A stretch of DNA of 64,000 nt from an uncultured virus (IMG/VR IMGVR_UViG_3300042861_002400) (IMGVR_UViG_3300042861_002400); one strand, 5' to 3'. Shown: positions 28,811 through 38,675, counted from the first letter of the stretch. Notes: generated from the sequence alone by a model not told the origin. A program made the numbers and translations.

Positions 28811-30829
28811 CTACTTGCCGTACCGGTCGCTGATGTTGATATCCACGCCGAGCGGGCACTCGAGCGCCCACGGGGCCGCCGTCGTGAGAGCGGGGCGCAG
28901 GATGGCGTAGATATCTTCGTTGGGCATGTCGGCGGGTACCGACGGGACCAGCTCATCATGGACCGTGAAATGGTTGTGGAACCCCAAGGGTTCGATCGCC
29001 AGCATGCCGTCGCGTAGGATCTCCCGCGAGGTAGCCTGCATCTGGTTTTCCGTCAGCTTACCGCCGAAGAACCAACGCCGCTGACTCTCCTCGTTCTTGA
29101 CCGTATTGGCACGGAAGCTGGGGCGCCCCTTGGCGTCCACGTAAGCGCGAGGGTCGAAGTATCGAATCGTCCGTCCGCTGCGCAGTTTGACATCGTGCGA
29201 GGCGTCATGGTTGATCGCCGAATGGGCGAGCCATTTCTGGTGCCACTCCCAATAGGCGACCACGCGAGGATTCGAAGCGCGGTAGCCCAGGACGTGTCCC
29301 TTGGCCTCGATGTCTTCGAAGTCGAGCCGGGCCAGCGTCTTGGCCGCCCGGACGAAGCCGTTCACCCAGCACTGATAGCCACAGCCAAGGACGAGCGCCT
29401 TGCTCAAGTCGTACAGAGGCCGGTTTTCGGCTTTGAGAGGGCCCCCTGTCCAGTTCATGTGTTCCCTGGCGTAGGCCTCGTAGATATGGAAACCCTGACG
29501 GATCTTGGCGAGCATCGCTTTGTCACCGGCATGCCAGAGGAGCAGGCGCGCCTCGATCTGCGAATAGTCGGCGATCGCGAACTTGCGTCCGACGGGGGCC
29601 AGGATCATCCCGCGCACGTCGATGACGAAGCGCCGCTCGGAGCCGCAGAACTGGCAGGGCGAATCGACCTCGTAGTCGTCGGTGATCGGGAGCGCCTTGT
29701 CATCATCGTCCTTGAGCTCTTCGAGATTGCAGTTCCAGCAGTCACGGCAGACCACGGCGGGTTTCTTGGGCAAGTTCTGGATATTGAATCCACCGCCGCC
29801 AGAGAAGCGACCGGTCGCGGCGGCTCCGAAATACTTCAGCTGAAAGGGGGCGGTTCCGTCGGGTCGCACAAAAGATTTCCATTTCTGGAGCTTCAGCATG
29901 AGAGAGTTGACCCGGCGCAGTCCGCGCACCGCCCGAACCCACGGGTGCTCCTTGGCATACAGCTTCTCCCACTTCATGGCATCGGGGTCGTCCATCTTGA
30001 GCGAGGCCGGTACCGGGATGCCAGAACGGCGTCCCTGTTCGCGGATCGCCTCGGGTGAGAGCGGCTTCTTGCCTTCCTCGACCCACGGCATGGCTCGCAG
30101 CAGATTGAAGTGGGCGAGCTCCATCGTCTCGATGGCCGCATCGAGCGCCCGCTGGTCGAGCCGCAGGCCCTCCCAGCAGCGAATACGGTTCAGGTCGGAC
30201 AGGCGTTGCTCGTCCTCGGGCCAGAGCGGGGCGGTGAGCGCCCAGAGCCGGTAGCATAGTTCCGCATCGCCCGCTCCATATTTGACAAGGTTCTCGCGTT
30301 CTTCGGAACTGAGATCCTCGAGCTGCTTGCCATCCATCTTCTTGCGGACGCTCTTGTCATGCGTGACGCCCAACAAGATAGCGGAAGAAGCGTCGAGGCG
30401 CCGAGGCATCTGCAGATAGGCCACCGCATCGGCAGTATCGTACATGCGGGGAGTCCTGAGGTCGGGGACAAGCCCCAGCTCCTGGAGGTAGTGGAGCACG
30501 TTGTCGTCGAACGACGCATTATGGGAGGCGAGCGGGCGGCCGATCAGCTTGTCCCAGGGGGCGGTCTCAACGGGACCGCTGTATTGGATGCCCCGGCCAT
30601 AGAAAGCGACCCAGTAGGCGCGAAAGCGGGGGTCGTGAAGGTAGTGCCAGGTCGGCATGTTCGTCAAGCTATAATCGACTTTGGTGGAGTAGAAGGTTTC
30701 AAAGTCGATGGCGACGCCGATCCGGCAGCGCTGTACTGAGTCCATCCGTTCGACCACGATCTGCTGGGCGATCGCGTCAATGTCTTCGTCCGTTAGAGCA
30801 AGCGGGTTTACACTGTCAGAGTCTATCAC
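28811..30829 (-). CDS. polA: family A DNA polymerase with 3'-5' exonuclease
   Basis: Exonuclease motifs IDFET, HNASFD and YGAGD; polymerase motifs TGRFSG, NIQNLP, ADYSQIEAR, KxxxLGCGY, ENQMQA and VHDE. Confidence 0.93.
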   Translation of the reverse strand: MIDSDSVNPLALTDEDIDAIAQQIVVERMDSVQRCRIGVAIDFETFYSTKVDYSLTNMPTWHYLHDPRFRAYWVAFYGRGIQYSGPVETAPWDKLIGRPLASHNASFDDNVLHYLQELGLVPDLRTPRMYDTADAVAYLQMPRRLDASSAILLGVTHDKSVRKKMDGKQLEDLSSEERENLVKYGAGDAELCYRLWALTAPLWPEDEQRLSDLNRIRCWEGLRLDQRALDAAIETMELAHFNLLRAMPWVEEGKKPLSPEAIREQGRRSGIPVPASLKMDDPDAMKWEKLYAKEHPWVRAVRGLRRVNSLMLKLQKWKSFVRPDGTAPFQLKYFGAAATGRFSGGGGFNIQNLPKKPAVVCRDCWNCNLEELKDDDDKALPITDDYEVDSPCQFCGSERRFVIDVRGMILAPVGRKFAIADYSQIEARLLLWHAGDKAMLAKIRQGFHIYEAYAREHMNWTGGPLKAENRPLYDLSKALVLGCGYQCWVNGFVRAAKTLARLDFEDIEAKGHVLGYRASNPRVVAYWEWHQKWLAHSAINHDASHDVKLRSGRTIRYFDPRAYVDAKGRPSFRANTVKNEESQRRWFFGGKLTENQMQATSREILRDGMLAIEPLGFHNHFTVHDELVPSVPADMPNEDIYAILRPALTTAAPWALECPLGVDINISDRYGK

Positions 30830-31041
30830 AGTCCACCATCCTCTTCCTTGTCGTTGGCGAGCGAGTCGAGACCGACGCGGCGGGCTTCGGCCAGGCCCAT
30901 ACGGAGGACCTCGGTGATGAACTTGCGCCAGCTGACGCGCCCGGGCAGATTTGTCCAGGTGCGGGTCAGGTCGGCGTGGTCTGGTTTCGGGATGCTGGCG
31001 TTAACGGGGACAACAGGTACTTCGAGTCTCGGTCTTCCCAT
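30826..31041 (-). CDS. small putative DNA-binding regulator (ribbon-helix-helix-like)
   Basis: MGRPR N-terminus then a strand and two helices; GAGGAG SD; first gene behind the predicted promoter. Confidence 0.45.
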   Translation of the reverse strand: MGRPRLEVPVVPVNASIPKPDHADLTRTWTNLPGRVSWRKFITEVLRMGLAEARRVGLDSLANDKEEDGGL

Positions 31042-31094
31042 GGCTTAGAACACTCCTCGTTGGGTCTTGGTCATCTGGTTTAAAAGTATTAGGG

Positions 31095-31150
31095 ACACTA
31101 CCTAAAAACCCTGAGCTCGTCAAATAAAAATATATTTTTAATCTTTTTTA
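31095..31150 (-). promoter_or_regulatory. sigma70-like promoter for the replication operon
   Basis: On the - strand: TTGACG (31123-31118), a 17-nt spacer and TAGTGT (31100-31095), preceded by an A/T-rich UP-like tract. Confidence 0.6.
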
Positions 31151-31160
31151 CGGACGTTTC

Positions 31161-31204
31161 GAAAAAAAAAACACCTGCTGTCCTTTTGGGGACAACAGGC
31201 GTTT
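31161..31204 (-). terminator. intrinsic terminator
   Basis: On the - strand the stem AAACGCCTGTTGTCC/GGACAGCAGGTGTTT (two G-U pairs) is followed by a long U run; lies just after the 31217 stop. Confidence 0.8.
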
Positions 31205-31216
31205 CGATTATGGGGA

Positions 31217-31864
31217 CTAGTGCTGCTCGAACTTGACGCTGGTGCCGGCCTTCATGGTCCAGCAGAGCGTGCAGGATTCACAGTTTCCCGGACAGCTCCG
31301 TGCTGCCCTGGGGATCTTGTAATCCTTGTCGGCGAGCCGGCCCGCCATGACCGCGCGGGACTTCAGATTCGGAACCAGCCATGAGTGCGTGTAGCCCTTC
31401 AGTTCTTTGATTCTGGGGTTCTCCATGCCCGGCCAGTGGCTGACGCCGATACGCAGGTTCCTCAGCTTCGGATGCTCGGTAGGCAGCAGCTCGTAGGCCT
31501 TCGTAAACAAACGGAAACGGGTCTTCGGGAACGATTCAGCCAGCACGATCACTGCGTTCAAGAAATGAGCATCTGGGATATCCCCGCCTACCTGCCAGCG
31601 AAACCGTTCCGGCTGCCGCGTGGCGAGATAGGTATTGAGCGCCCACTTAAACGTCCCTGGATTTTCAAACCAGATCTCGGTGTTCCGCTTCCACGACGGC
31701 GCCACACTCGTATAATCCTGCATGCGCATGGCATAGCAGTCGGCCATGCACAAAAGAGGAACGCCACTGTGGCGTCCGCACGTCATCTGCGGCAGGAACG
31801 ACACCGACGGTATCGCCCCCAGCTTCCGGTTGCCTTCACTGATCAGTACTCCGTTAATTTTCAT
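31217..31864 (-). CDS. Gp88-like Cys-rich protein (radical-SAM-like)
   Basis: GNRKLG...TC...C...CYA...RFRWQVGGDI...CPGNCESCTLCW pattern of the phage gene product 88 family. Confidence 0.7.
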   Translation of the reverse strand: MKINGVLISEGNRKLGAIPSVSFLPQMTCGRHSGVPLLCMADCYAMRMQDYTSVAPSWKRNTEIWFENPGTFKWALNTYLATRQPERFRWQVGGDIPDAHFLNAVIVLAESFPKTRFRLFTKAYELLPTEHPKLRNLRIGVSHWPGMENPRIKELKGYTHSWLVPNLKSRAVMAGRLADKDYKIPRAARSCPGNCESCTLCWTMKAGTSVKFEQH

Positions 31865-32058
31865 TGCAGTCCTTCCATGGTTTCTTCGGCGCTTATGATG
31901 AACTCCTCGCGTTGTTCGTGCGTGAAGTAGTTGTTGAATATGTCTTCGATAAAATCATTGAGCAGCCGGATCTGCGCTTCTGTACTCTCGCGTTCCCCAA
32001 ACCGTTCGGTCTGGGTTTTCAACTTGGCGAATCGTGCGTTAATCTCTTCGGGATACAT
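31861..32058 (-). CDS. hypothetical protein, 65 aa
   Basis: AAGGAG SD; ATGA overlap with the next gene. Confidence 0.6.
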   Translation of the reverse strand: MYPEEINARFAKLKTQTERFGERESTEAQIRLLNDFIEDIFNNYFTHEQREEFIISAEETMEGLQ

Positions 32059-32069
32059 ACCGTCTCCTT

Positions 32070-32110
32070 AAAATAAAAGAGCCCGGGTCCATTATGCTGA
32101 ACCCGGGCTC
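32070..32110 (-). terminator. terminator-like hairpin
   Basis: 10-bp stem GAGCCCGGGT/ACCCGGGCTC followed by TTTTATTTT on the - strand. Confidence 0.75.
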
Positions 32111-32128
32111 AATTTGAATCATGTAGCC

Positions 32129-33034
32129 TTAAGCGGAAGCCGCCTCAGGCGACAGCTGATCGGGAGCGCGCTCGACGGCCTCGCCTCCCGCCATCGGATC
32201 GCCGTCCTCGACGCCCGTCGGGGCCGCCAGCTGTGAGGTGGCCGCCACGATCTGCTCGAGCTCCGCATCCGGAATGATGCGCAGCTTGCGGATCGTCGGC
32301 ACCCAGGTCCCGTCGCCCTTGCCCGGGACGACCCGGGTGCGCAGCTCCCACTCGACGGACTTGATGCCACGGGTTTTCTTCGTGGCAAAGACCATCAGGT
32401 TGAAGTTGTCGTAGACCGCCCGGAACGCCTTCTTGTCGACCTCGAAGAAACACGGGGCGTATTTCTTCTCGCCGACTTCCAACAGGAAGCGTTCGCACAT
32501 CAGGTCCTTGGGCTGTTCGACGAGGACCAGCCAGGTCATCGCCAGCGGGGCGGTCGGCATGGCGCCCGTGGCCGCATTGCGCAGGGTCGTGAAACCCGCC
32601 GCATGCGCCTCGGCGGCGGTCTTGAACCGCTTTGCCTGCTGCCCTTCGATGTAGGCGTATTCCTTGAAGAACGTGTCGTAGGCCCACACGATGATCTTCA
32701 GGGAGTCGCCGTTGTAATTCTCGGTCTTCGGCTTGGCGATCAGAACCGAATCCGGTTCCTTGCCAAGGATCAGGCTGCCCGGGGCGAACCCCAGCTTGCT
32801 CGCCTTGCCGACGCCGTGGACGATCTTCATCCAGGGCGGGGTCAGCGGCAGGGGCATCTGTTCAACATCGCCCTGTGTTGCCACGGCGGCGTTGCCGAAC
32901 CCCAGTCGCGGTGCAACCGCGTGTGTTTCGTGTCCTTCACCAGCCGCGTCGACCGTCTTCTCGGCGTTCGGATCGTGCTGCGGGACTTGTCCTTCTTGTG
33001 CTGTAGCCATAACTAAACTGCTCTCCTTCGTCAA
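32129..33034 (-). CDS. putative single-stranded DNA-binding protein
   Basis: Lies between the Cas4-like nuclease and the PolA module; beta-rich core with an acidic disordered C-terminus. Inference only. Confidence 0.45.
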   Translation of the reverse strand: MTKESSLVMATAQEGQVPQHDPNAEKTVDAAGEGHETHAVAPRLGFGNAAVATQGDVEQMPLPLTPPWMKIVHGVGKASKLGFAPGSLILGKEPDSVLIAKPKTENYNGDSLKIIVWAYDTFFKEYAYIEGQQAKRFKTAAEAHAAGFTTLRNAATGAMPTAPLAMTWLVLVEQPKDLMCERFLLEVGEKKYAPCFFEVDKKAFRAVYDNFNLMVFATKKTRGIKSVEWELRTRVVPGKGDGTWVPTIRKLRIIPDAELEQIVAATSQLAAPTGVEDGDPMAGGEAVERAPDQLSPEAASA

Positions 33035-33072
33035 TGTTCCTAAGTTTTCAAGTGCGCCAGGCTGACACTTTA

Positions 33073-34239
33073 TCAGCTGGCCGTGGTATCGATAGCGGGC
33101 TGTGCGTTACCTCCCATGGTGAGTTGTTTGGGTGCTGTGGGTGAAACTTGAAGCATAGCCGCAACGTCGGCATCGCTCAAGCTTTTCTTATCGCGCTGCA
33201 GGTAGGACATGGGCGAGGTGCGCATGAAGCCCTGCAGGGCATCGTAGACCCTCCGTTTGGCCGCTTCCTTGCCAAGCATCTGCGCGGCGCTGATGATAGC
33301 AATGACGTCGCCCAGCGTCGGCCTGCAGCAGACATCGAGCTGCTCCTGATCGAGCCCCAACTCCCGCAGAGCGGCCATAACGAGTCCGCGGTTCTCCTTC
33401 GGGATGGTCGGTGTTCCTTCCTTGTTGATCCGTTTGAAGCCGGGCGGAGTGATCCCGGACGCATTCGCGGCGGCCTTGATCGCTTCACACCAGGCCTCGA
33501 GGCCTTGGCGCAGGATCGAGACCATGCCCCACTCTTCCGGCGTCTTCGGGCACGTCGGGTCGAACACCTCGGGGGCGATCGGAAAAGCGAACTTCGCCAC
33601 CGTCTTGACGTTCGGTGAGAAGCCGTGGCACCGGGCGATGTATTTGCAGTCGCGGCAATGGCTGCCAGGTCGGGGTTCGGCGAACATGTCCTCGCGTCCG
33701 TCGATGATCTCGCGCAGCTTCGCCTCGAGAGCCGGTATGTCCGCCCGGGTCGTAATGATCGACTCGCTGTTTTCGCGCGTGCGCGGATTCAGCAGGTCCC
33801 CATCACATCTGTTTACCTGGGGAAACGCCTCATAGACGCCCAGGATGTAGGCGATCACCTGCACGGAGTCGTCGGCGTCCTCGGGGAGGCCGGCGGGTCC
33901 GGTCTTCAAGTCCCGCACCTTGGCATAGTCGCCACTGATGAAGACCTTGTCGAGCGTTCCCATCAGGTTGAGCGGCGTCCACTGAACCTTGAGTTCCTTG
34001 TGAACCGTCACCGGCTGCGGCAGCATTGCCATCTCGGCCTCGTCCATGGTGAGAGCGGCTCCGATGAAACCGATCTCGTCTTCCGTCAGCCCCGACATCT
34101 CGCCAGTCGCGTAGGCTTCGTGAAGAATGGTTCCCCGGGCGGTCACCGACGTCGTGTCATCCGGATCTTCCTCGATCGGGACGTAGTCGAATTTAGGACA
34201 CAGGCGTAGCTTTCCTAGTTTGCTGGGACTGTATAGCAT
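33073..34239 (-). CDS. Cas4-like PD-(D/E)xK exonuclease (DUF2800-type)
   Basis: SPSKL...CP, GTILHE, GTLD, DLKTG, QxxxY and C-terminal HCRDCKYIARC Fe-S cysteines. Start moved to ATG 34239 (GGGAG SD). Confidence 0.85.
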   Translation of the reverse strand: MLYSPSKLGKLRLCPKFDYVPIEEDPDDTTSVTARGTILHEAYATGEMSGLTEDEIGFIGAALTMDEAEMAMLPQPVTVHKELKVQWTPLNLMGTLDKVFISGDYAKVRDLKTGPAGLPEDADDSVQVIAYILGVYEAFPQVNRCDGDLLNPRTRENSESIITTRADIPALEAKLREIIDGREDMFAEPRPGSHCRDCKYIARCHGFSPNVKTVAKFAFPIAPEVFDPTCPKTPEEWGMVSILRQGLEAWCEAIKAAANASGITPPGFKRINKEGTPTIPKENRGLVMAALRELGLDQEQLDVCCRPTLGDVIAIISAAQMLGKEAAKRRVYDALQGFMRTSPMSYLQRDKKSLSDADVAAMLQVSPTAPKQLTMGGNAQPAIDTTAS

Positions 34240-34474
34240 GGTATCTCCCTTCTTGTAACTTGTTCGGTTTGAATGGATGGTTCTGGATGCCTGGCTGTTC
34301 GACCGACAAAGCATACTCGATCTCAGATTGGATCATCCCTTCCAGCAGTCGCAGGAATTTACACCACGCGACCCGCTTATAGATGAGGTGCGGCCGTTTT
34401 GCCAGTTCGGCCTTCACGTATCGTTGAAACGTGGAGGCCTTGATCAGTGCGAGTCCTTTTCGTTTTGTGGTCAT
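34193..34474 (-). CDS. small basic protein, histone-fold-like paralogue of 47099-47308
   Basis: LIKASTFQRYVKAELAKRPHLIYKRVAWCKFLRLLEGMIQSEI aligns by eye to the 47 kb gene; ATG 34474 overlaps the helicase stop. Confidence 0.5.
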   Translation of the reverse strand: MTTKRKGLALIKASTFQRYVKAELAKRPHLIYKRVAWCKFLRLLEGMIQSEIEYALSVEQPGIQNHPFKPNKLQEGRYHAIQSQQTRKATPVS

Positions 34475-35793
34475 GTGGTAGTTAACATCTCCACGCCCAT
34501 CATGTCGGCGTCGTTTAGGGTATCGATATTGGCGGCCTTTCGAATAATGGCCCGGTAGACTTGTTCTTCGATGGTGTTGGCGGCCAGAACGAACATTTGC
34601 GTCGTCCGGGTTCCGCCGTCGCGATGAACTCTGCCAAGGCACTGCTTGGTCAGTTTGGCGTCCCAGTTGGGCGAGATGAGCGACATGCGCGGACGTTCCT
34701 GTCGGACGTCGTGCAGGCCGATGCTCTCCCCACCGCACTGCGACTGGCACAGGGCGATGTGGATCTCGTTTCGCTGGAACCGTTCCTGATCCTCGGCCCG
34801 CTCCTGCGGCGTCGTGCGCCGATCGCCTCGGAACTGGACGACCTTGTCGGGCCCCAAGGCGGCAGCCAGTAGATCCATCGGCTCGTGGAAGTTGCAGAAG
34901 ATCACCACACTGCGCCCCTCGGCCAGGATGTCCTTGGCGAGATCGGCAATGATCGGGACCTTCATGATTTCGGTCTGATACCGCGCCATCGTGATCTGCG
35001 CCTTCTGATTGTCCGACGACGTATAGTGCGCCCGGGCGAGCGGTTCGTACATTTCACGAGCGTGCGCCGTGAGCGCCTTGTCGAAGTCGAACAACTTGGC
35101 GGTGATCTGGTTCTCTGGAAAGCCGGGGACGTCCTGCTGATCCAGCCGGACCATATATGGGGCCATGGCGTCACGTAGGCGCTGCATCGTTGCAATCGCC
35201 CGCTCCCGTACGATCGGCATCCCGAGAACGTTCTCGAAGCCGCCTCGTCCATTCGGACGCTTTGTCCACTCGCAGCCCATATCCTCGCACCACTTCCAGA
35301 AAAGCGGGTCCAGGTAGCCGTGCATGCCGAGCAGCCAGCCGATCGCCCTCATTTGAATAGGCGAATCTGCCACGGTGGCGGAGAGCGGGATTTTCGGAAG
35401 CGTCGGCCAGGCCTTCAGCTTCGCCAGCATCTCGGTCGTATCGGAATACGGGCCGGCGGTGCCGCGGTGAACCTCGTCCCAGATGATCGTCCAATACTTG
35501 TCAAACTTCCACGACGAACCGTCCCAGAAGCCCCGCTTCTTCGTCTTGTATTGCTCGACGTTATGGACGATCGCCTCGCGGACGCCGAACTCGCCGAGGA
35601 TCCGTTCCCAGGTGGTGATGACCGACTTCGGACAGACGACGAGGACCGGATGACCGATCTGCCCGGCTGCCCAGGCCGCCGTATAGGTCTTACCGGTTCC
35701 GGTGCCGCTCGAGTCCACGCACAGATGGCGCCGATCCAAGACCTCCAGCATTCGCTGGGCCTTGGGCACTTGATATGTTCGTAATGAAGCCAT
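34471..35793 (-). CDS. superfamily 2 helicase
   Basis: Motifs GTGTGKT, DEVH, SAT, VIFCNF and QCLGRVHR. Confidence 0.9.
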   Translation of the reverse strand: MASLRTYQVPKAQRMLEVLDRRHLCVDSSGTGTGKTYTAAWAAGQIGHPVLVVCPKSVITTWERILGEFGVREAIVHNVEQYKTKKRGFWDGSSWKFDKYWTIIWDEVHRGTAGPYSDTTEMLAKLKAWPTLPKIPLSATVADSPIQMRAIGWLLGMHGYLDPLFWKWCEDMGCEWTKRPNGRGGFENVLGMPIVRERAIATMQRLRDAMAPYMVRLDQQDVPGFPENQITAKLFDFDKALTAHAREMYEPLARAHYTSSDNQKAQITMARYQTEIMKVPIIADLAKDILAEGRSVVIFCNFHEPMDLLAAALGPDKVVQFRGDRRTTPQERAEDQERFQRNEIHIALCQSQCGGESIGLHDVRQERPRMSLISPNWDAKLTKQCLGRVHRDGGTRTTQMFVLAANTIEEQVYRAIIRKAANIDTLNDADMMGVEMLTTT

Positions 35794-35884
35794 GGCCTCC
35801 TCTTCACAATGCGGATTTAAATGTAAGGGAAATCGAAGACGGGTGCAAGCATTATTTACCTTGACACCCGCCTCCGGTCCCCTG

Positions 35885-36175
35885 TTATTTCGGCAGGAAC
35901 TTATCCTTCAGTTCCTGCGGGTAGTATTCATTGAGCTCCGCGATCGTAAAGGGATGTCCTTCATTAAAGTCCATCTCTTGACCGTTGGGTTCCGCTTTAG
36001 TGATCAGGTATCTGTGCTCACCGAGGCAGCACGGATTATTGTCCTCGTCATGGTCTCGGAACTGCAACTCGCGATTGCAGTCGCAGCAACCATTTCCGTA
36101 CGCCCACCACCAACCGCTCATCCGTTCGTCGACCCGTGTCTCACCAGTTTGGGTGTCGAGAATGGTAACTTTCAT
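35885..36175 (-). CDS. hypothetical protein with Cys motif
   Basis: MKVTILDT...WWWAYGNGCCDCNR; the ATG overlaps the ligase stop. Confidence 0.6.
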   Translation of the reverse strand: MKVTILDTQTGETRVDERMSGWWWAYGNGCCDCNRELQFRDHDEDNNPCCLGEHRYLITKAEPNGQEMDFNEGHPFTIAELNEYYPQELKDKFLPK

Positions 36176-37341
36176 TCCCGAACCGCCTTCGCTCGTGGAC
36201 ACCGCGGCTGGCCGTAGTCGGTGAAACCCTGGTGGGTCACCGTCAACTGCTTGCCGATATAGTTCGCCCGATTCGTGAGGAGTTCCTTGCGCTCCTCGTG
36301 AGTGCAGGCCATCAGTACGGTGAAGGTGAGCGGCGTCCCCGGCGGCAGTTTGCCCGTCGGGTCCGTCGCATTCGCGGGAGAGCGGCACACGAACACCCCG
36401 TGCTCCGCGGCCCCGCCCTCGCCAGGGATGACGTCCAGGATCTCATACTCGTGATCGTCCTCCGGCTTCACCTTGAGCAGGTTGGCGCTTCGCTTCCCGC
36501 CCTCGTACGGAGCCTTAGGATTGCGATACATGGCGCCCTCGTAGCCGTCGGCCAGGCATTGCTGATAGAAGTCCAGCAGTTTCTGCTCGCTGTCGACCCG
36601 GGTCGTCTTTACGAGGCGGACCGGGAACTCTCCCGCGAGCGCTTCGGCCAGATGCGCACTGCGCGCGGCGAAACTCTCGTCAGGGGCGGCTGGGTCGAAG
36701 AAGTCATAGACGTGATACTCCAGCGTCGCCGACTCCGCGGTGGCCGTGTTTTTGCGCGCCATCGACATGAGATCCCGGAACTTCGCCCGGTTCGTATGCA
36801 GATAGAGCTCGCCATCGACGAAGACATTCCGGCCCAGTCGTTCTGCCTTCCCCTCCAGATGAATGGCGATATGTGGAACGCTGACGATCGGCCGGCGTTC
36901 GCGTGACCAGAGCCGCACATGACCCTCGTCATCGATGTGAGCGATGCAGCGCATGCCATCCAGCTTCGGCTGTGCGTCTGCCGGGAACTGGGGCTTCAAC
37001 TTGCCCGTCCGTTTCCAGTAGACGATCGCCAGCATGGGCTCGATTCCACCGCCCACAAGGGCATCGGTGAGGCCGGCCTGCGCCGCCTCAATCGTCTTCG
37101 TGTAGCCGTCCTTCAGCTTCATCTGCCAGAGCGACTTGGCTTTCTTGAGCGCCTGTTCCTCGGCGGTCGTGGCGTTCGCCTGGCCTTCGTTCTTCGGCTT
37201 GCAGACGGTCGCCGCCGAGATGGTGGGCGATCCGCCTACCTGGCCGTAGGTCGTCGTGTAGCTGTCGCCGACCACGTAGATGCTCCATTGCTGGATCGCA
37301 CCGGTCGCGGTCTTCTTGTAAACAGGTCCGTATGTTGTCAT
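36172..37341 (-). CDS. ATP-dependent DNA ligase with WGR-like N-terminal domain
   Basis: QPKLDGMR (motif I), DGELY, YHVYD, EGAMYR and LLKVK. Confidence 0.92.
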   Translation of the reverse strand: MTTYGPVYKKTATGAIQQWSIYVVGDSYTTTYGQVGGSPTISAATVCKPKNEGQANATTAEEQALKKAKSLWQMKLKDGYTKTIEAAQAGLTDALVGGGIEPMLAIVYWKRTGKLKPQFPADAQPKLDGMRCIAHIDDEGHVRLWSRERRPIVSVPHIAIHLEGKAERLGRNVFVDGELYLHTNRAKFRDLMSMARKNTATAESATLEYHVYDFFDPAAPDESFAARSAHLAEALAGEFPVRLVKTTRVDSEQKLLDFYQQCLADGYEGAMYRNPKAPYEGGKRSANLLKVKPEDDHEYEILDVIPGEGGAAEHGVFVCRSPANATDPTGKLPPGTPLTFTVLMACTHEERKELLTNRANYIGKQLTVTHQGFTDYGQPRCPRAKAVRE

Positions 37342-37343
37342 GC

Positions 37344-37466
37344 TTAGCCTTTCTGATTAAGGAACATTTGATAGGTCAACTCGTCTGCCTTGAGTATTGC
37401 GCCCCAGTGGCGCGTCCAGTGTGCCCAGCGCTTTTTCCAGTATTTCTTACGCTGACGAGCGTTCAT
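37344..37466 (-). CDS. 40-aa basic protein (not in ORF track)
   Basis: Manually read MNARQRKKYWKKRWAHW...KADELTYQMFLNQKG*; GAAAGG SD. Confidence 0.5.
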   Translation of the reverse strand: MNARQRKKYWKKRWAHWTRHWGAILKADELTYQMFLNQKG

Positions 37467-37468
37467 GC

Positions 37469-37600
37469 TTAGCCTTTCTTATTCTTGAGTTCTTCTGCGC
37501 GAATTCGCATTACGTTTTCAAATGCGCAGTGGCACGCCTTAACGTGATCGGCGTGGCGCGCTCTTTTTATTTCTTTCTTCGCGCGCTTGCTGGCGTTCAT
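37469..37600 (-). CDS. 43-aa basic protein (not in ORF track)
   Basis: Manually read MNASKRAKKEIKRARHADH...RAEELKNKKG*; TGATG overlap with the upstream gene. Confidence 0.5.
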   Translation of the reverse strand: MNASKRAKKEIKRARHADHVKACHCAFENVMRIRAEELKNKKG

Positions 37601-38675
37601 CAGTCACCTTCTCCCATGTGGCGGAAGTCTTCGCGTGCCGCATCGCGCCGATCATCCCGGTCCATGTCAGCCTTGTTGTCGCGCTGGAACTGGATCTTGT
37701 CCTCGTTGATGTCGCGCTGGATCTTCGCCCGTGTTTCTTCGGCCCGGAAGTGATCGTCCTCACATTCCTTCACGGCCTGCACGAGATCCTCCCAGCTGCC
37801 AGCCGAGGCGACCCCTTCCTGACCATTGGGAGTCCAATGCCAGGCTGCCTCACGGCAGTATTCGCCGCTGGCGTCGAGGACGTGGGCGATCAGCCTGAAT
37901 GGCCTCCCTTCCAGGATGTCGTGGATCTTCGAGATCGCTTCGTCGATTGTCATATCATAACCCCTTCCGTTCTTTCCAGGCCTTCTTGAAGTTCTCGAAG
38001 GCCTCGTTAATGGTTTTTCCAGAGCCGCGAACGAGACTCCCTAGACTCGAAAAATCAGCAACGATACGCCATTCGACGCAGGTTTCTAAGTCACGCTCGT
38101 AGCGCCAATGCTCCATGCCGATCATGAAGGTCTCGGTGCCGACAATCTCAGCCACCTGTTTCGTAACTTGTTTGAGGGTCATACTCGATAATCCTTTGGT
38201 AGAAGTCGCAGCGCCAACGCCCGCGACACCATGACTCGGTCTTTCGGCAGCTCATCGACAAACTCAATGAAGTCCCCGTTTATATAGTGAGCGTATTTAG
38301 GCAACTTAGGCTGCCGCTTGCCGTCCAGGGGCATGGAGTCCCGGAAGAAGCTGGCGTTTTCCAGCTGGCCCTCGAGGTTTCCCTCGAAGACGTAGTAATT
38401 GGGTTCAGGCTTCTTAGGTTTCTTGGCTCTCGGTTTGCTCATACGATCACCTTTCCATCCTTCTGGATTTCACTGGCCGGCCAGCCCCGCTGCATAACCC
38501 GCGCAGTCTCTTCGCAGAGACCTCCCGCAATCATCTGCAGCGTATGCTTGCCAGTGAATCTGCCGCCCGCCCATTCATTACGCCAGGCCCACACTTCATA
38601 GGGCCCGCGCTCGAAGAAATGCGAAGGTATCGTCTCTATCGGCATGTTGTTCTGGAACTTCGTTCTTTTCTTCAC
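37600..38675 (-). CDS. four small coupled hypothetical genes (37600-37953, 37955-38182, 38179-38442, 38439-38675)
   Basis: Head-to-tail ORFs with 1-nt gaps or 4-nt overlaps. Confidence 0.6.

Noticed and set aside
33073..34239. Cas4-like gene as part of the RAMP system
   Set aside because: It lies 16 kb away in the usual helicase/nuclease/SSB/PolA replication context, and solo Cas4-like nucleases are common in phages.
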